Virus record (IMG/VR): IMGVR_UViG_3300049780_000027 | Coordinates: 1 to 24,151 of that record | Origin: a virus | Lineage: Duplodnaviria > Caudoviricetes | Strand: one strand, 5' to 3' | Length of the DNA stretch: 24,151 nt | The notes under the pieces: model-generated | Told to the model about the DNA's origin: nothing | Seen by the model: the letters and a program-made list of their open reading frames with translations, nothing else | The model's database searches: none | Position numbers and translations under genes: made by a program | Shown here: positions 24,150 through 24,151 of the stretch, piece by piece | Numbering within the stretch: position 1 is the stretch's first letter | Layout of the letters: the number at the start of each line of letters is the position of its first letter

Positions 24150-24151
24150 GT

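Larger units (their letters stand above)
7906..24151 (-). mobile_element. Siphovirus-type prophage/phage late (structural + lysis) operon, partial
   Basis: Canonical order capsid, head-tail, tail tube, chaperone, tape measure, baseplate, lysis; tight coupling, no visible disruptions; no sheath gene. Confidence 0.95.

Noticed and set aside
1-24151. CRISPR array, rRNA, tRNA, integrase, transposase or known anti-phage defence genes
   Set aside because: No repeat-spacer periodicity or diagnostic motifs seen

Overview
High-GC actinomycete DNA (roughly 70% GC by eye) made of two convergent blocks. The left block (1-7783, mostly + strand) resembles an actinomycete integrative/conjugative element or plasmid. 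It holds a Spd/DUF2637-like membrane-HTH gene, a TraB-type FtsK/SpoIIIE translocase followed by a clt-like 8-bp repeat cluster, a divergent XRE regulator + Nudix pair, several small genes, and a coupled radical SAM + PIMT-like methyltransferase pair. The right block (7906-24151, - strand) is an apparently intact siphovirus late operon: scaffold, P22-coat-like capsid, head-tail genes, tail tube, chaperone with a -1 frameshift, tape measure, Dit and hub proteins with N-terminal fusions, amidase endolysin, a secreted lamin-tail-like extra gene and a holin. No integrase or replication gene is in the window. The best candidate for an undescribed system is the radical SAM enzyme, which carries a 50-aa C-terminal tail of eight C-x-P motifs (possible fused RiPP precursor) next to an aspartimide-type methyltransferase. 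Also notable are the possible phage/conjugative hybrid architecture and two related 41-bp palindromes flanking the holin. Family assignments come from motif recognition by eye; no database searches were run.
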